From Blastocystis sp. Blastoise (Eukaryota > Protista > Bigyra: Opalinata), in assembly GCA_039096225.1 (NCBI GenBank), contig JBBPEB010000013.1, positions 1,798,001 through 1,862,000 of the forward strand: DNA of 64,000 bases, read 5' to 3'. The notes beneath the pieces are model-generated. The model saw nothing but the letters and a program-made list of their open reading frames with translations, did not search any database and was not told the origin of the DNA. The first letter of the stretch is position 1; every line of letters begins with the position of its first letter. A program made the translations under genes and the position numbers. Positions 1 to 16,629 of the stretch are shown here, piece by piece.

Positions 1-3000
1 AATAATAGAATTATTTAAACAATTTTATACACAATTAAATGAATATACACAACCCAACCAATTTGAACTTCCGTACAAAGACACAAGAACACAATCATCT
101 TTTCAATATCATAATATAATGGATATATATATATATAGACTTTTAACTCAATTTCCTTTGCTTCAAGTATATATATATTAATTATATATAGTATTAATTA
201 AATATATATATGTATATATAGTATTTCACAACTTGTTTAAGTAACAGCGCTTTATCCGCTTCCCGCGATTATTTAACCATTTTCTCTATAATAAAGAGGA
301 TCCTTCTTTTACTTATAAATGTATATATAATATATATATATAAAGAAAATGTAATATAATATATTTATATAGAGTGATCATGGTTTACTACTTCTTGTAT
401 CCTCTTCTTATCTTCCTCTATTTCTCTCTTCCTTCTCTCTCTCTTCTTCTCTCTACGAAGCATCTTATCCATCTCTCTCCGTTATTATCCCGCCAAAACC
501 AGAGTTTCCCGCGCTGGCTACCTTAAATTCATCAATTCAAAAACAATTCTCATCGTCGTTTATTTCTCAATCTCTTCCTAATAATGATAATATTACTGTT
601 CATACAAATAATAGTATAGATATCGATATTGAAGAAGAAGAAGAAGAAGAAGAAAATAATAATAATAATAACATAGATACAAATGGAGAAACTAATGGAG
701 AAACTGAGACACAAATAGCATCTTATATAGAAGAATTATATAGAGATATAAATACAATTCCTTTCTCTTCTCTATTGATTATTTTATATAGAGCACTTGT
801 CATTTTCTCTACTTCTTCTCCTTCCACTTCTCTCCTTGTTCCATTCGAAGTTCTTCCGTATGACGCACTCTCCATCGATCTATTTACTATAATATTTACT
901 AAATATACGTTATCAAATCCCTCCCTTTCCTTAACGCCTGAAGATCTTAAACCTATTTATCCAATCATATTTCAAGTATTATCATTATTATATATATATA
1001 TTTATTATAATAATTATTATACTTATATTATTATACTTATTATTATTATACCTATTATATATAGTCACAAATTCCAAGATGTTTAGATATATTACTTTAT
1101 GTATATAATAATATTTCTACAGTAAACCCTCAGATTCACAATCAACTGAGTACAACTCCCAATGGAATACTATTCCAACAGTATTTCTCTTCCACTACTT
1201 TCAGTTATATCCCCTGGTTAACTGATTTTATCGGCACACTTCAGACCGATCTGAATATCGATATCAGCCGTGATATATCTTCTTCTATTCCTCTTTCTCA
1301 TTCTCTTTCTATGTATAATTCCGAATTTCAAGTGTTTTTAAATATATTAAGATTTGATATGAATATAAAGAAACCTCTCTTTTTGTGTATATATAGAGAG
1401 ATGGGATGGGAAGTTTATATTACTATATTATTCTATATTTATTATTATTTACTTCAACTATATGCATCTAAACAAGGTATTTATTATTATTATTATTGTT
1501 ATTATTATTATGTGAATTATTATGTGAATTATTTTTATTTTGATTCATAATTTATACATTTAGTTGTTATTATTATTATAATTATAATTATTATTATTAT
1601 TTCAAATATTGATATATATATTTATATCCCTATATGACTATAGAAACTGATATTTCTGCTGAAATCACTTCATTACCTTATGTTGAACTACTCTTAAATA
1701 TCTATATTCAGACACTTTCAGCCATTATCTCAACACAGGCATATATAGAACAACGAAATAAATTTCTTGTATATATCTACTAATATATATATATTTATAT
1801 AGTATACTGTTATACTTCGTGTATATCCTCTATTCTATTCGAATTCTATATTTACACCATCCAATAAGATTTACATTGATCAAGTGACGCAATATATCGT
1901 CATTCTCGAACGACAATTCATTCAATGTATATTTATTATTTATTATATATTATATATATTATACATCATATATTTTATATTATATAATTATAGATAATAA
2001 GAGTCAACAGTCACCTTTCCTTTGTGACTTCTTAAAAAAGAATATAATCACGGGAATCCCATATATATATATATACATCTATTATCTTGCTACACTTCAA
2101 AATCCCCCATTGGTTCCCGCCACATTACCTTGTCTCCCGCCATTATCTTTATCCTCATTTCCCGCGCTACACTCTGCAGCCCGCTCTCTTTCCCTCCTTT
2201 TTGGATCCCTCTCTCCGTCATACTCAAGATTCGTTATTTCTGAACATTTAAATTTACTTAATAAACTAGTATACAGTACTCTTCATTCTATATTATACTA
2301 TATATTATATTATATTATATATTATACTCTATATTATACTATATTATATGTTATAGTCTTTATTATTCTTATGACTCTATATGTTACTTAATATATTATT
2401 CTATATATATAGATGAATCAATTACCAGTTTCCCTCCAATCTCATCCCGCTAATACTCACTATATTGTCAGTGATGACGCATCCTTCGTCACATTACAGA
2501 GTATCTCTAATCTTCTGTGTCACGTGTCTTCCTTGTGCTATGCAACTATACCTTCTTTATCTCTCTTTCAAACACAAATAGACACAATTCTTCTCAGTCT
2601 TGTTCAGAAAATTAATTTATATGTATATTTATATTCTATTATTTCTTATATTTAATCTATTTACTTTATTTTATTATTAAATATATTATTAACTATATTA
2701 TTATTATTATTATCTCTTGTATATATAGACTTATAATGATATAATTGATCATATATATATATCAATAATGGACATTCTTTCTACAATTCTATTTACACTC
2801 AAAGAGCTATTTAAAGGTATATATATATTTATATAATCCATTTAATATATATATATATTATTATATATATACTATTTAAAATAATATATTTTCATGTTAA
2901 TAATATATATAGAAGTTGGTGTCGAGACCTATATGCCATTCTCTTCTTTCTCTTCTCTCCTTTCTTTCCTTCTTCATATTCCCTCTCCTTCTCTTCCTCT

Positions 3001-3847
3001 TCTTCTCTCTCTCTCTAGATTCCTATATATTTCTTCTACTTATCCTTTACTTCAACAACAACTTATTACTATTCTAAATAGTCTCTCTGAAAATATATTT
3101 TATTCTATATTTACCGCGGTTATTTCGGCTATTAAGAAAGACCCTGAAGTTCCACGATATATGTATATAATGGGATTAATCTATATAATGAAATGCTATG
3201 ATTTGATTAAGAGTAAAAAAGAATATACTATCACCTCTAAGAAGTTTATTGACTATATTATAGAATCGAAAACTAGTATTCTTCGTTATGTTACTTTCTG
3301 TGAACAAAACGAATTATATCGCGATACGTTAATAGGAAGCACGTGCGTTATAAAAAACCCTCATTTATATACTGCGTTAGAACAGTATTATAGATTTTTT
3401 TCTGATGGCTCTCTCTCTAAAGATATTACTTCTTCTTCTTCTTCTCTTCAAGCTATATTCATTTTACATGAATATATATGGATTCAAGATATTAAATACT
3501 TATGTAAAGAGAAAACAGTAACTGACGTCATGGAACATCGATTGAATTCGATGGCACGTGCTATATCTAGTTTACCTCCCAAAATACAATCTAAAGAGCC
3601 AATAGAACAAGGCTTCTGGAACAAACAAATAAATGAATATATATCATCTAATTCCCACGGGGAACGACAAGTTTTGTCATCGATGTTTTTGGTTCATAAA
3701 GAGTTTATTAGTGATTTAGCATATGATTCGTGGATACGATGGAACTGTGTTCCGGAACACTATTATTTATATGATCAATATAAGTATTATGCGAGTATAA
3801 AGAATGAAACAGAAATAGCCCGAAAGAGAAGCATAGATCCAGTATCA

Positions 3848-3926
<79 letters not shown>

Positions 3927-4158
3927 TACTATATATAGGATATATATGATTCTATTCCTTCAATGATGGTTAACTCATCTAACCAAAATGATAACGGAAA
4001 GTATATATCACTATATATTACTATATATTACTATACATTACTATATATTATTATATATCACTATATATAACTATATATTACTATATATCACTATATATTA
4101 TTATATATCACTATATAGTGTCTCTTCTATTGAAAATGAGTCAAATTTCGCTTTTTAA
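1..4158 (+). CDS. Large alpha-helical protein, 5'-truncated, about 11 introns; tentative virilizer/VIRMA-like m6A writer subunit
   Basis: GT-AG spliced exons run to TAA at 4156-4158. YIYRLL..CLSNSAL..IKRILLLLINSDHGLLLL resembles the virilizer 'LL..S..GLLFL' block. C-terminal EIARKRS..SIPSMMVN resembles 'DIFRQRK..SRPPSMHVD'. The gene is solid; the family call is weak. Confidence 0.4.
4001..4117. repeat. 10-bp minisatellite (CTATATATTA variants) in the last intron of the first gene
   Basis: About 11 tandem ctatatatta/ctatatatca units. Confidence 0.85.
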
Positions 4159-4924
4159 TTATATATTTTTAAAAATTAATCTTTTTATAATTCATTTTTT
4201 TTTTTATCAATTTTGATTCTTTTTATATTTATTGGTCACATATAGAATTCATTTTTTAATTTTTATTTTTTACTCTGTATTTCTAAACTTTATATTTTGT
4301 TACTATTATTTTAAGCGATTTATTTCCAATAAAAACTAATTTATTGCCATTTTTTGTAATAACAGCTTATTTTATGAAAAATATAGAAAAGCAATTGTCA
4401 TTAGTAACTTTCAAGATACTATGTTTAAGTATTTTATGCATAAATAGATTTAATATCACCATAACTATTTTCAAATTATCACATTTAAAAGGAAATTACG
4501 TAGATACTACATTCTAGAATGCAATTTTGGATTTTTATAAGTTAGTTTATAATTATAGCATATTCACGAGAGCATTTCTATAAAAGCACCAGACACAATT
4601 TCAACAATTTTGTATACTACACAAAAGCATGTATACCTCTAGTAAAATAAATCATGTGATACACAAGTTTCTGTTATAGAGTATCTCATTATAGCTTTTT
4701 AAAGGTAATAAGAGAGAAAGTACCTAGATAAAAAAGTTTTAATATTAAAAAATGGCGCAATAAAAAACAGATTCCCATGAAACTTAAGATAAAAAAAGAA
4801 ACAAAAACCAATAAATTTCAATTGAGTATTTCATCACTCTTTCTTTTTATTCACATAAATTTGTGTATTTGGTTTATTATCTACAGTTGTGTTATTGAAG
4901 AATATATAGGTTAAGATTTAAAAA

Positions 4925-7489
<2,565 letters not shown>

Positions 7490-7644
7490 ATATTTTATAT
7501 ATAATAAGATTTATATATAGTTTTATTACTTTCTTATTGTTTTCTATTTCTTTCTATTTTAATTTGTTTATGATGCCATACTATTTAATATATTTGTTTC
7601 TATGTTTGAATTATATATATGTATAAATATTTGTTGTATGAATG

Positions 7645-7652
7645 TGTTTGTT
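7645..7652 (+). promoter_or_regulatory. TGTTTGTT, candidate Blastocystis-type polyadenylation element downstream of KRI1
   Basis: Exact motif about 155 nt after the stop; the same motif follows PFDN5. Confidence 0.35.
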
Positions 7653-7882
7653 TATATAAAAATATTAATAACTTGTTTTAAATATCAATTTTATTGATAT
7701 ATTTTATTTCTATTAATAGCAATCATTCTATTTATATATAAACTTGAACAAACTCAATATAAATAATAGACAAGAATCATTATAATATACATTAACAATT
7801 ACATAAGAAAGCAAAAATAATTTGAATATATATAATTATATCTATAAAAATGAAAAGATTCGATATTATTTTATATATATAT

Positions 7883-8269
7883 TTATTCATAATTTGCTCT
7901 ATATTTTGTGATTTCGTTAATTATTGTCTGAAGGGGAATAACGTCCTTCGCAGCAGATGTCTATAAATATATAGTTGTATAATATTTATATATATAGTTG
8001 TATAATAATAATAATAATAATAATAAAAATATATACTCCTTGAAGAATTTGCGAATATTTTGCGTTATAATTAGTAACTTCATTAATTACTTGTTTAAAT
8101 ATAGCCAATCCTTGCTTATCGAAATCTTCCCAAACATTCTTATATATACTCTCAATCGACTTCTTCCACTCACCGCTATACTTCTTTATATTAGTATTAT
8201 CCTTCTATATATATATATTATAATAATAATAATAATAATAATAATAATTTGGTTAATAATAGTAATTTG

Positions 8270-8367
<98 letters not shown>

Positions 8368-8739
8368 TAGATAATTTAAGATTGCCCCCAACATTCTCTT
8401 TATTAGCAGATACAAAAGTAACCAAGAATTTAAAGTATTTTTCAAGTTTCTCCTGAATATATAAATGACTGTGATCGTCAAATATACGCTGAACTTCACT
8501 CTATATATATATATAGAATAGTAATAATAATTAAAGAATAATATATATATATATATAGAACAGTAATAATAAAAGAATATATATATATAAAATAGTAATA
8601 ATAAAAGAATAATATATATATATATACATCTTGTGGAATATGATAGTTATTAAAAATGTCCATAATATAGACACAATTAGCTATTACAAAACATTGTTTC
8701 TTCTATATATATATATATTCATTATATATATATATATTC

Positions 8740-8789
<50 letters not shown>

Positions 8790-9792
8790 GAATATATATA
8801 TACATTAGAATCAAGTTTATTAGAGATCTTTGTTAACAGTTCGAGACATTCTGCCGTTAATAAATTCAGTTTATTAATAAACGCGTCATGATCTAAGAAC
8901 TGGCTATAACTAGCGTTCATTACCTATATATATATATATATTATTATTATTATTATTATTATCAAACACTTAATAATATAAATATATATATACTTGTATA
9001 GAAGTAGCTAGATTAGCATATCTCTTAATAAAATAATGTATATTGTCCTCAATAACAATATTCTTTACACGACTCTGAGCTTCATGAGCAGATTTAATAT
9101 TCTTATCCATTAATTCAGTATATTTATCTTGGAATTTAGTCTTTAAAAGATTAAGTAAATCGGATAAAATAAAAACATTTTCTTCTTCTAATTTCATTTT
9201 ATATATATTAGTAAGTAAATAACAGAGAATGACACCAACGATATCATAACAATTCTTTAAGTAATCACTACACATATCTATTACAATCTTATTAATATTT
9301 GTATATATATCATTATATATAGAATTATTATTAATATCAAAGAATTGAAGTGAGAATTGATATTCTGACACTGACATATCAATTAATTGTTTCTAAATAA
9401 TCGCGGTTATATAAGGATAATGAGTAGATATATATATATACTAATAGAGAACGATAGATATCAGGGAAGGTCAGAGAAGGCTTTTCACTCTATATATATA
9501 CATATATTGTTAACTTTAATATGTTATATATATATATATATTACAATTAACATATTATATATATATATATTTAAACTTTAATATATATATTATATATATA
9601 TACTTCAAGAAGATGAAGAAGAAGAGGTTGTGTATATATATTCGCAATAAGCACGTGACGATTGTTTAATTCATATGTTGTCCACGTGTATGTCTTCTTA
9701 TTCTGTTGGGACTATATATATAAATAGATATATAATATATATATATATATACAGTTTTCTTGAGGAAGGACATGACCGCATTATCAGTATGC

Positions 9793-9825
<33 letters not shown>

Positions 9826-9878
9826 CAATAAGAATATCATCGGCGTTACCAATTTCCTGATAATATTTGAATAATCTA

Positions 9879-9918
<40 letters not shown>

Positions 9919-10145
9919 TATATACCCTTCTTTATATTCCTTAAAAATAGATATACATATATCTTTCATAATAGAAACATATTTCGTTTTTATATCTTCA
10001 GCGGTTTTAGGAACATATTTCACGAGATATTGATACAGAACGTTATTTTGTAATAATACTTCTTTTTGATATATCTATATATATAATAAGTATAATATAT
10101 AATAAGTATAATAATAATAATATAATAATCATATATACATAATAC

Positions 10146-10183
<38 letters not shown>

Positions 10184-10813
10184 TATATATATATTTGAAT
10201 ATTTGTGTCTTTCTTAATATCTTTCAATAAATCGAACACGTGATTCTTGATACGAACCCCCGTTTGTGTTTTGAGGATATCAATATCTTCACGACTTTCT
10301 TGAATTGAACGGATTTCCGCGGGAGAAAGACCAACAGCAGGCTAAAGAAGAATATATATAATATATATATATAATATACATATAAAACATATATAAAACA
10401 TATATAAAACATATATATATAACATATACATAATAATATATATAAAACATATATATGCAATACATATATACACAACAATATATATATAACATATATAAAC
10501 AATAATATATATATACATCAACATTAGGGCTATATATATAATCCAATTGTTTAACAAATTCAGTTAAATTATCGATATATTGTTTGTTAATAGCTCCCTA
10601 TATATAAATAACCGTGAATATAACTTGAAAAAACAAAAACTATTATTGTATTCTATTTCAAAAACATAAATATTCAAAATAATAATTAATATATATATAC
10701 ATCAGAAAGTATTTTTACCATAGAAGGTGTTAACGCAATCTTATTAATGAAATCTCTTAATAAAACATCAGCTTCCTTACGATTCTTCAACTTTACTGAT
10801 ATAGTCAAACTCT

Positions 10814-10853
<40 letters not shown>

Positions 10854-11376
10854 CAAATTATCAACGAATAAAAAAAAGGATATATAATTCTAAAAAACTA
10901 TAATCTATAAAAAACAAATTATACCTGTAAAACACGAATTTCAGAAGAAACTTCGGATAAATCTTTTTGGAATTTATGTAATAATTCTTGCATTTGAGCT
11001 AAAATATTATCACTTACTTTAATCTCACTATATATAATTATTTTTAATTATTGTATAACATATCAAAAAAAAAGTACAAGATAAAAAATGAAAAATACCT
11101 GTGTAAATGAGCTAAGTGAACACTTTCTTGAAGATAATCTTCAACAGATTGATAGGAGACATCATTGAGTTCTTCATCAATACGTAAACCATAAGCTTTT
11201 AAATCAACTTCCTTTTCAAGAGCATCACGAACAATGTCTTCTTTTTGGAATCTTTGTAAATCTTGTCTTAAATCTTCAAAGTTGATATCTTCTTCCTCAT
11301 TTTCATTCCCATCTTCAAACATATCTTCTCCTTCATTTATATCCAGAGGCATATTATCTAACTCAATAGTACTCAT
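7883..11376 (-). CDS. VPS52: Vacuolar protein sorting 52 (GARP/EARP subunit), about 15 introns
   Basis: VDLKAYGLRIDEEL..SVEDYLQES..LAHLHSEIKVSDNILAQMQELLHKFQKDLSEVSSEIRVLQNESLTISVKLKNRK; YRSLLKQLIDMSVSEYQF..FF; CYDIVGVILC; HYFIKRYA; stop TAA at 7883-7885. Confidence 0.93.
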
Positions 11377-11962
11377 GATTCCTTTCTTGAGTGATATCTA
11401 GATAGTTCGTAACCAAATATCTTTTTAGAATAAGAGACATTTTCAAGATCATTTTTTGTATTTTTTAGAAACTAAAGTTATTTCATTGGCTAATTCTTAT
11501 AAAAACCAGCGATTTCTCCAAAATTTATATATATATCAACCAAATAAAAACGCTCTACATAGGGTCTAAATACATTTAAACACTATTCACCTATTAATAG
11601 AGTTTTATTTTTTTAGAAGATTAGAACATGAATTGTTGTTATAACGATTATAATCTATATAATATAACTGTAATCACTTTGTATTATTCTCATTAACGTA
11701 TATTGTTTATTATAATGAGTTGTTCCACTTGTTAACAATAAAATAACACAAATCAGCAAATAATCTAAAGTAAAACTAATAAAATATTTATAATAATTTA
11801 TAAATTATAAAGTACAAATGATAAGGAATCTAAATATAATTTTTTTCAAAATAGAAAATATTAGTTAGCTATTATACTTACCCTACATAGTTTTTAACAA
11901 AAATAAAAAAGAAAAACAAAAAAATTATTTTTTCTTAGATTATCATTTCTATCATAGAAAAA

Positions 11963-12436
11963 ATGCAAAAACCTACTAATACGAATCAACCAAATACTGA
12001 TCAAATAAAAAATGAGCAGGATAATAAAACTCATGGTCTGTCTCAAGTCGATGAGTTGGCTTCATTAGAGAAATTGGAACGGGAAGTTATGTCCATTTTG
12101 TATTTTACAAAAGATATTGCCGATGAGTTCTCAAAACCAGGTGAAATTACTCCTGAAAGATTAGAGAGAAGTAAACAATTAACTAAAGACTATTATACAA
12201 CTGTCAACGTAAGTTCATTGTCTTATTCTCCTTTAAAACTCATCATTATTTATATATAACTTATAAAATATGTTTTACAGGATGTATGCGATAAGTTATT
12301 GGAAAAGGTTCCTTTGATTGTTCCTTATCATCAAATAGATTATACTAATTATGGAAAAATTGAGGATAAAAGCATTTATGAATCCATTCAAAAGTTGGAA
12401 GATCCATGTTCTGCTCTCAAGTTAGATAGACAGTAG
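11963..12436 (+). CDS. MED11: Small helical protein, Mediator subunit 11-like (2 exons)
   Basis: LASLEKLEREVMSIL..IADEFSK..QLTKDYYTTVN|DVCDKL..PY..TNYG fits the Med11 pattern; intron 12209-12280 GTAAGT..CAG. Confidence 0.5.
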
Positions 12437-13689
12437 TGATCTAGTAATATATTTCTAAATCGATTTATAATTTCCTTTTTTTCCTTTTTTTTCCTTTTTC
12501 CTATATAGTAGCTTATAAATCATTATTCTACTATATTAATATTTTTTACTATATTTAAATTGTTCAGTTAATATCGATTGCTAGTAGTTTTCTTTTATTA
12601 TAATTGAACGTATTCTATCAATTAAAATACGTTTTCTAATTTATAAAATTCAATTCAGTGAATAATATATATTATTATAAAATAATTGAATAAGTATAAA
12701 AATGTATTTGACTGATTTATTCTAATCTTTGTTTTTTCCTCACCAATTCATAAACCAAAATAAATAATATGTTATAAATAAAATAAACAGTTTAAGTAAC
12801 TTAGAATATGTTTATTTCCTTAATATAATGATTCACAACGAGATTGATTTTATTTTTCATCAAAGGAATCTATTATGAATGCCCTTATTACTCATAAACT
12901 CTTCACAGATAATAAAAATAAAAAAATAATATTTAGAAATAAGTGGAAATACGTTAAAGAAACAAACTTTTGAAAAATCTGAAAATAATACAATTCATTT
13001 AAAAAAAACATGGGACTTGAGCAACAAGAGAAAAGCTTCACTTCCATGCTTCCTTTTCCTTGAATCCATTAAAAAAATGAAGAAGAAATTCTCTATTTAT
13101 TGTAAAGAACTCGTTGATACTTAGAATCCAAAGATAATGATGAAGAAATGATCTTTTTTATGTTTATTTTATTTGAAAATAAGAATGTAGAAACACTTCG
13201 AGACCTTCACTTAAAAGGATTACTAATGGTACGACGATAATAGAGTCATTGGATGTCTATTTTTAAAAATAGAATAGGATAACAGTAAAACCAAACAATG
13301 TATAGCACTTCAAGAGCGAATATTATCAAAAAAGATATCACTTTTTCTGGAGATTTTTCTGACAGTGCTAGTGTCTTCCAAGGACTCAATTTCGAGTTTA
13401 CGAATGAAAAACGATAAAAATGGTGCGTCTTCAACAATCATTATACGTAAAGAACTAATTGGATTAAAAGAATGGCGACTATCCTGTGTCATAAACTAAG
13501 AATCATTAGGAAATATTGACTCTCATGACGTATGCCGCGTCATCAGATTGTCAGAGTTCCCCAATTAATGAGAAGAGCTGCGTCATCATCCATGGCTTTA
13601 TCTTTTGTTTTTCAATACACTTGTTGAAGATTTCAATATTTATATTATTTTATTCTATATTTGTGAGACTTTTTATATATTCTAACAAA

Positions 13690-14598
13690 ATGGTTGATAC
13701 TAAGAGTTTCCCTGGTTGGTCTAATTACGTAAATGGTGGTTTAGCTGCTTGTTGTGCTACTACCATTGTTCAACCTATGGATTTATGTAAGACTCGTATG
13801 CAACTCAGTGGTGAAGACGGTAAGAAACTTTACAAAGGTTCTTTCGATTGTATTAAGAAGGTTGTTAAGGGTGAAGGTGTTATGGCTCTTTACAAAGGTT
13901 ATACTGCTGCTATCTTACGTCAACTTACCTATGGTACTGTCCGTCTTGGTGTTAATAATCAATTAATGTCTATGATTAAGAAGAGAAATGGTGGTAAGAA
14001 TACTTCTTTCCTTCAAAAGATGGGTTGTGGTATTATTGCTGGTGCTTGTGGTGCTTATGTCGGTAATCCTGCTGAAGTTGTTCTTATTCGTATGACTGCT
14101 GATGGTCGTTTACCTCCTGAACAAAGACGTGGTTATAGAAATGCTATTCAAGCTCTTGTTAGAATTTATAAAGAAGAAGGTATTAAGACTCTTTGGGTTG
14201 GTTCTATTACTACTGTTACTCGTGCTTGTGTTATTACTCCTGTTCAATTAGGTTGTTATGCTCAAGCTAAAGAACTTATTAGAGATCGTTATGGTCTTAT
14301 TAAGAACGATGGTTTACCTTTACATACTGTTTGTTCTCTTATTTCTGGTTTATTATGTTCTCTTGCTTCTCTTCCTCTTGATATTGTTAAAACTCGTCTT
14401 CAAACTGCTAAACCTGGTCAATATAAAGGTGCTTTCGATTGTATGCTTGGTACTGTTAAGAGAGAAGGTTTCTTTAGTCTTTGGAAAGGTTTCCTTCCCT
14501 ACTTCCTTCGTGTTGGTCCTCACACCATCTTCACTCTTGTATTCTTAGAACAAATTAACAAATACTTTGGTCGTTGGTACATGCATATGGATTGTTAA
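13690..14598 (+). CDS. Mitochondrial carrier, 2-oxoglutarate/malate or dicarboxylate-tricarboxylate type; intronless
   Basis: Three PX[DE]XX[KR] repeats (PMDLCKTRMQ, PAEVVLIRMTADGRLPPEQRRGY, PLDIVKTRLQ), LRQLTYGTVRLG, RVGPHT. First ATG at 13690. Strong codon bias. Confidence 0.93.
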   Translation: MVDTKSFPGWSNYVNGGLAACCATTIVQPMDLCKTRMQLSGEDGKKLYKGSFDCIKKVVKGEGVMALYKGYTAAILRQLTYGTVRLGVNNQLMSMIKKRNGGKNTSFLQKMGCGIIAGACGAYVGNPAEVVLIRMTADGRLPPEQRRGYRNAIQALVRIYKEEGIKTLWVGSITTVTRACVITPVQLGCYAQAKELIRDRYGLIKNDGLPLHTVCSLISGLLCSLASLPLDIVKTRLQTAKPGQYKGAFDCMLGTVKREGFFSLWKGFLPYFLRVGPHTIFTLVFLEQINKYFGRWYMHMDC

Positions 14599-14990
14599 AC
14601 GTAATTAGTCACTTTTTAAAAATAATTATTATATATAAAAGAATGAACTTTATTATTTATAAATATATTCTTTCATTTATATTATCATGTTAATATATTT
14701 TCTCGTATAATAAATAGCTGCATATTAAATTCAATTCAATTAATTGATAATTGTTGGTTTTGTTTTTCATTAAGAATCCTATCTCTTATTCACATTATTT
14801 TTATTAAACGAATAAATTAACAATATTGCTATTCTATACTGTAGTTTATTAAAATAAAACCCTATTTAAGAAATAACAATGAAATAACAACCCTATTTTC
14901 ATTTGATACCTAATGAGAATCTCCCTTGTTTATTTGAAATTATAGAACACAACTTTTATTTTCTGTTTTATTTGCTTCAAGTCTTATAAA

Positions 14991-16629
14991 ATGGATTCGA
15001 TTCCGGATGAAAAACTGATATCAATCAAGCCCTATATAGAAAACTTTCAAAATTCGATACGAGATATTTCTGTATCATTGATCTCTACTTGGAATCTTGG
15101 TATGAATCATGCAAGTACTTCCTATCAGCTCTTAAATCAGAGTATTAACAATTTACTATCATCGAATACTCAAAATCCATGCTTACCTTTGGCGAAGATT
15201 GAAGAATTGAAAGTTGAAGAAAAACCTTTGGCTGATTATGTTTTCCTATTTGAGAAAAGTAATAAAAAATATACAATTGAAAGATCGTTGATATCTAAGT
15301 TTCCTGGAAGTCTTTTTGAACAATTAGTACAAGAAGAAAAGAATACTAATAACTCAAATGAATACTCTATTGATCATAATGATCTTTATATTCCAGTAAT
15401 TATAAAGTATATGGATACGGATACAATAGATTTGACTTTATTTTCCGATTTGGAAATAAAGGAGTTAATTGAAGAATTTGAATACTTTGGATTACCTTTA
15501 ACTCCTGAATTGAGTATTTTTAGATTAGAAGGAAAGAAAGAGGTTTCATGGATAGAACGTCGAGTGTTGAAGTTGAATGGTACGAAAAATGATATTTTGA
15601 ATCGTTATATCGATAAAATTCATATTAAAAATGAAATATTTGGTAAGGATATACATGAGGGAATTGAATATGATGATTCAACTGATGAATATTATGTAGA
15701 TAAGCAAGCTGACTATGGTGATTTCATACAATCATTTATAGAAAAGAATGATTGCAATTTATCTGTAAAGCAGAAGAAAGTTTTTAACATCGATAAATTA
15801 CATGATGAATGTAATTTATTACATTTACGTATGAATTGGTCTGTTTTTGAACCCAAAACTTTATTTCGTATTTCTTCCTTATTAAGTTATCAACAATCGA
15901 TTCAATTATCTCAATGGCTTGGATTAAATAAAAAATGGAAATTACTTTATAAGTATGAATAGAAATATTAGATTATTATGATAATATGCTTTTTTGTTAT
16001 TATGTTATGTTTTAATATTATTATTAGTATGTTCTGTTATTTTATTTTTTTTAATGTTATGTTTTTTTTTTATATATTAGATTATTTTATTTATTATTAT
16101 TGTATATTATTATTTCTTATATATTTTGTATTCTATAAGTAATATATATATATATATATATAGAGCATCAAGGGATGGTTTCACATCATCTGATTTCCAC
16201 CGTTGTTGTGATAATAAGGGGGGATCCCTCACGATTATCCAATCAATTAATGACGATGGACATATGTACTTATTTGGGGGATTTACAACCGTCACGTGGA
16301 ATGCGGATAGTGTTATTGGAGGATGGGGAGAAGATGATGACGCATTCATTTATACGTTAACAAACCCTCATAAAGTCCCTGCTACTCGTTACCCTATTCG
16401 TAATCATTTGTTTGCTATATATAGCGATATTGAATATGGTCCCACTTTTGGTACGAATATAAAATTAGGAGACGAAATGAATAAACCAGTTAATTATATT
16501 AACAATGGGGATTCGTACGAAATGGACCCTCAATATAATTGTGCTCTTTATGTTGGTACGGATAACAAAGACGTTGAGAATTATTTCTCAGTGAACGAGC
16601 TGGAAGTACTGGGATTTGAAGAAATATAA
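14991..16629 (+). CDS. BTB/POZ-like plus C-terminal TLDc domain protein (2 exons)
   Basis: RSLISKFPGSLF..IIKYM..EEFEYFGLP (BTB-like); WKLLYK|ASRDGFTSSDFHRCCDNKGGSLTII..FGGFT..YGPTFG..ELEV (TLDc). Confidence 0.88.

Noticed and set aside
3842-3939. GTATC-starting introns (also 24709, 33896, 37097) as U12 GT-AG introns
   Set aside because: They lack GTATCC and a CCTTAA-type branch site
13516-13689. 58-aa N-terminal extension of the carrier ORF
   Set aside because: It starts at TTG and lacks the gene's codon bias; the first ATG is at 13690
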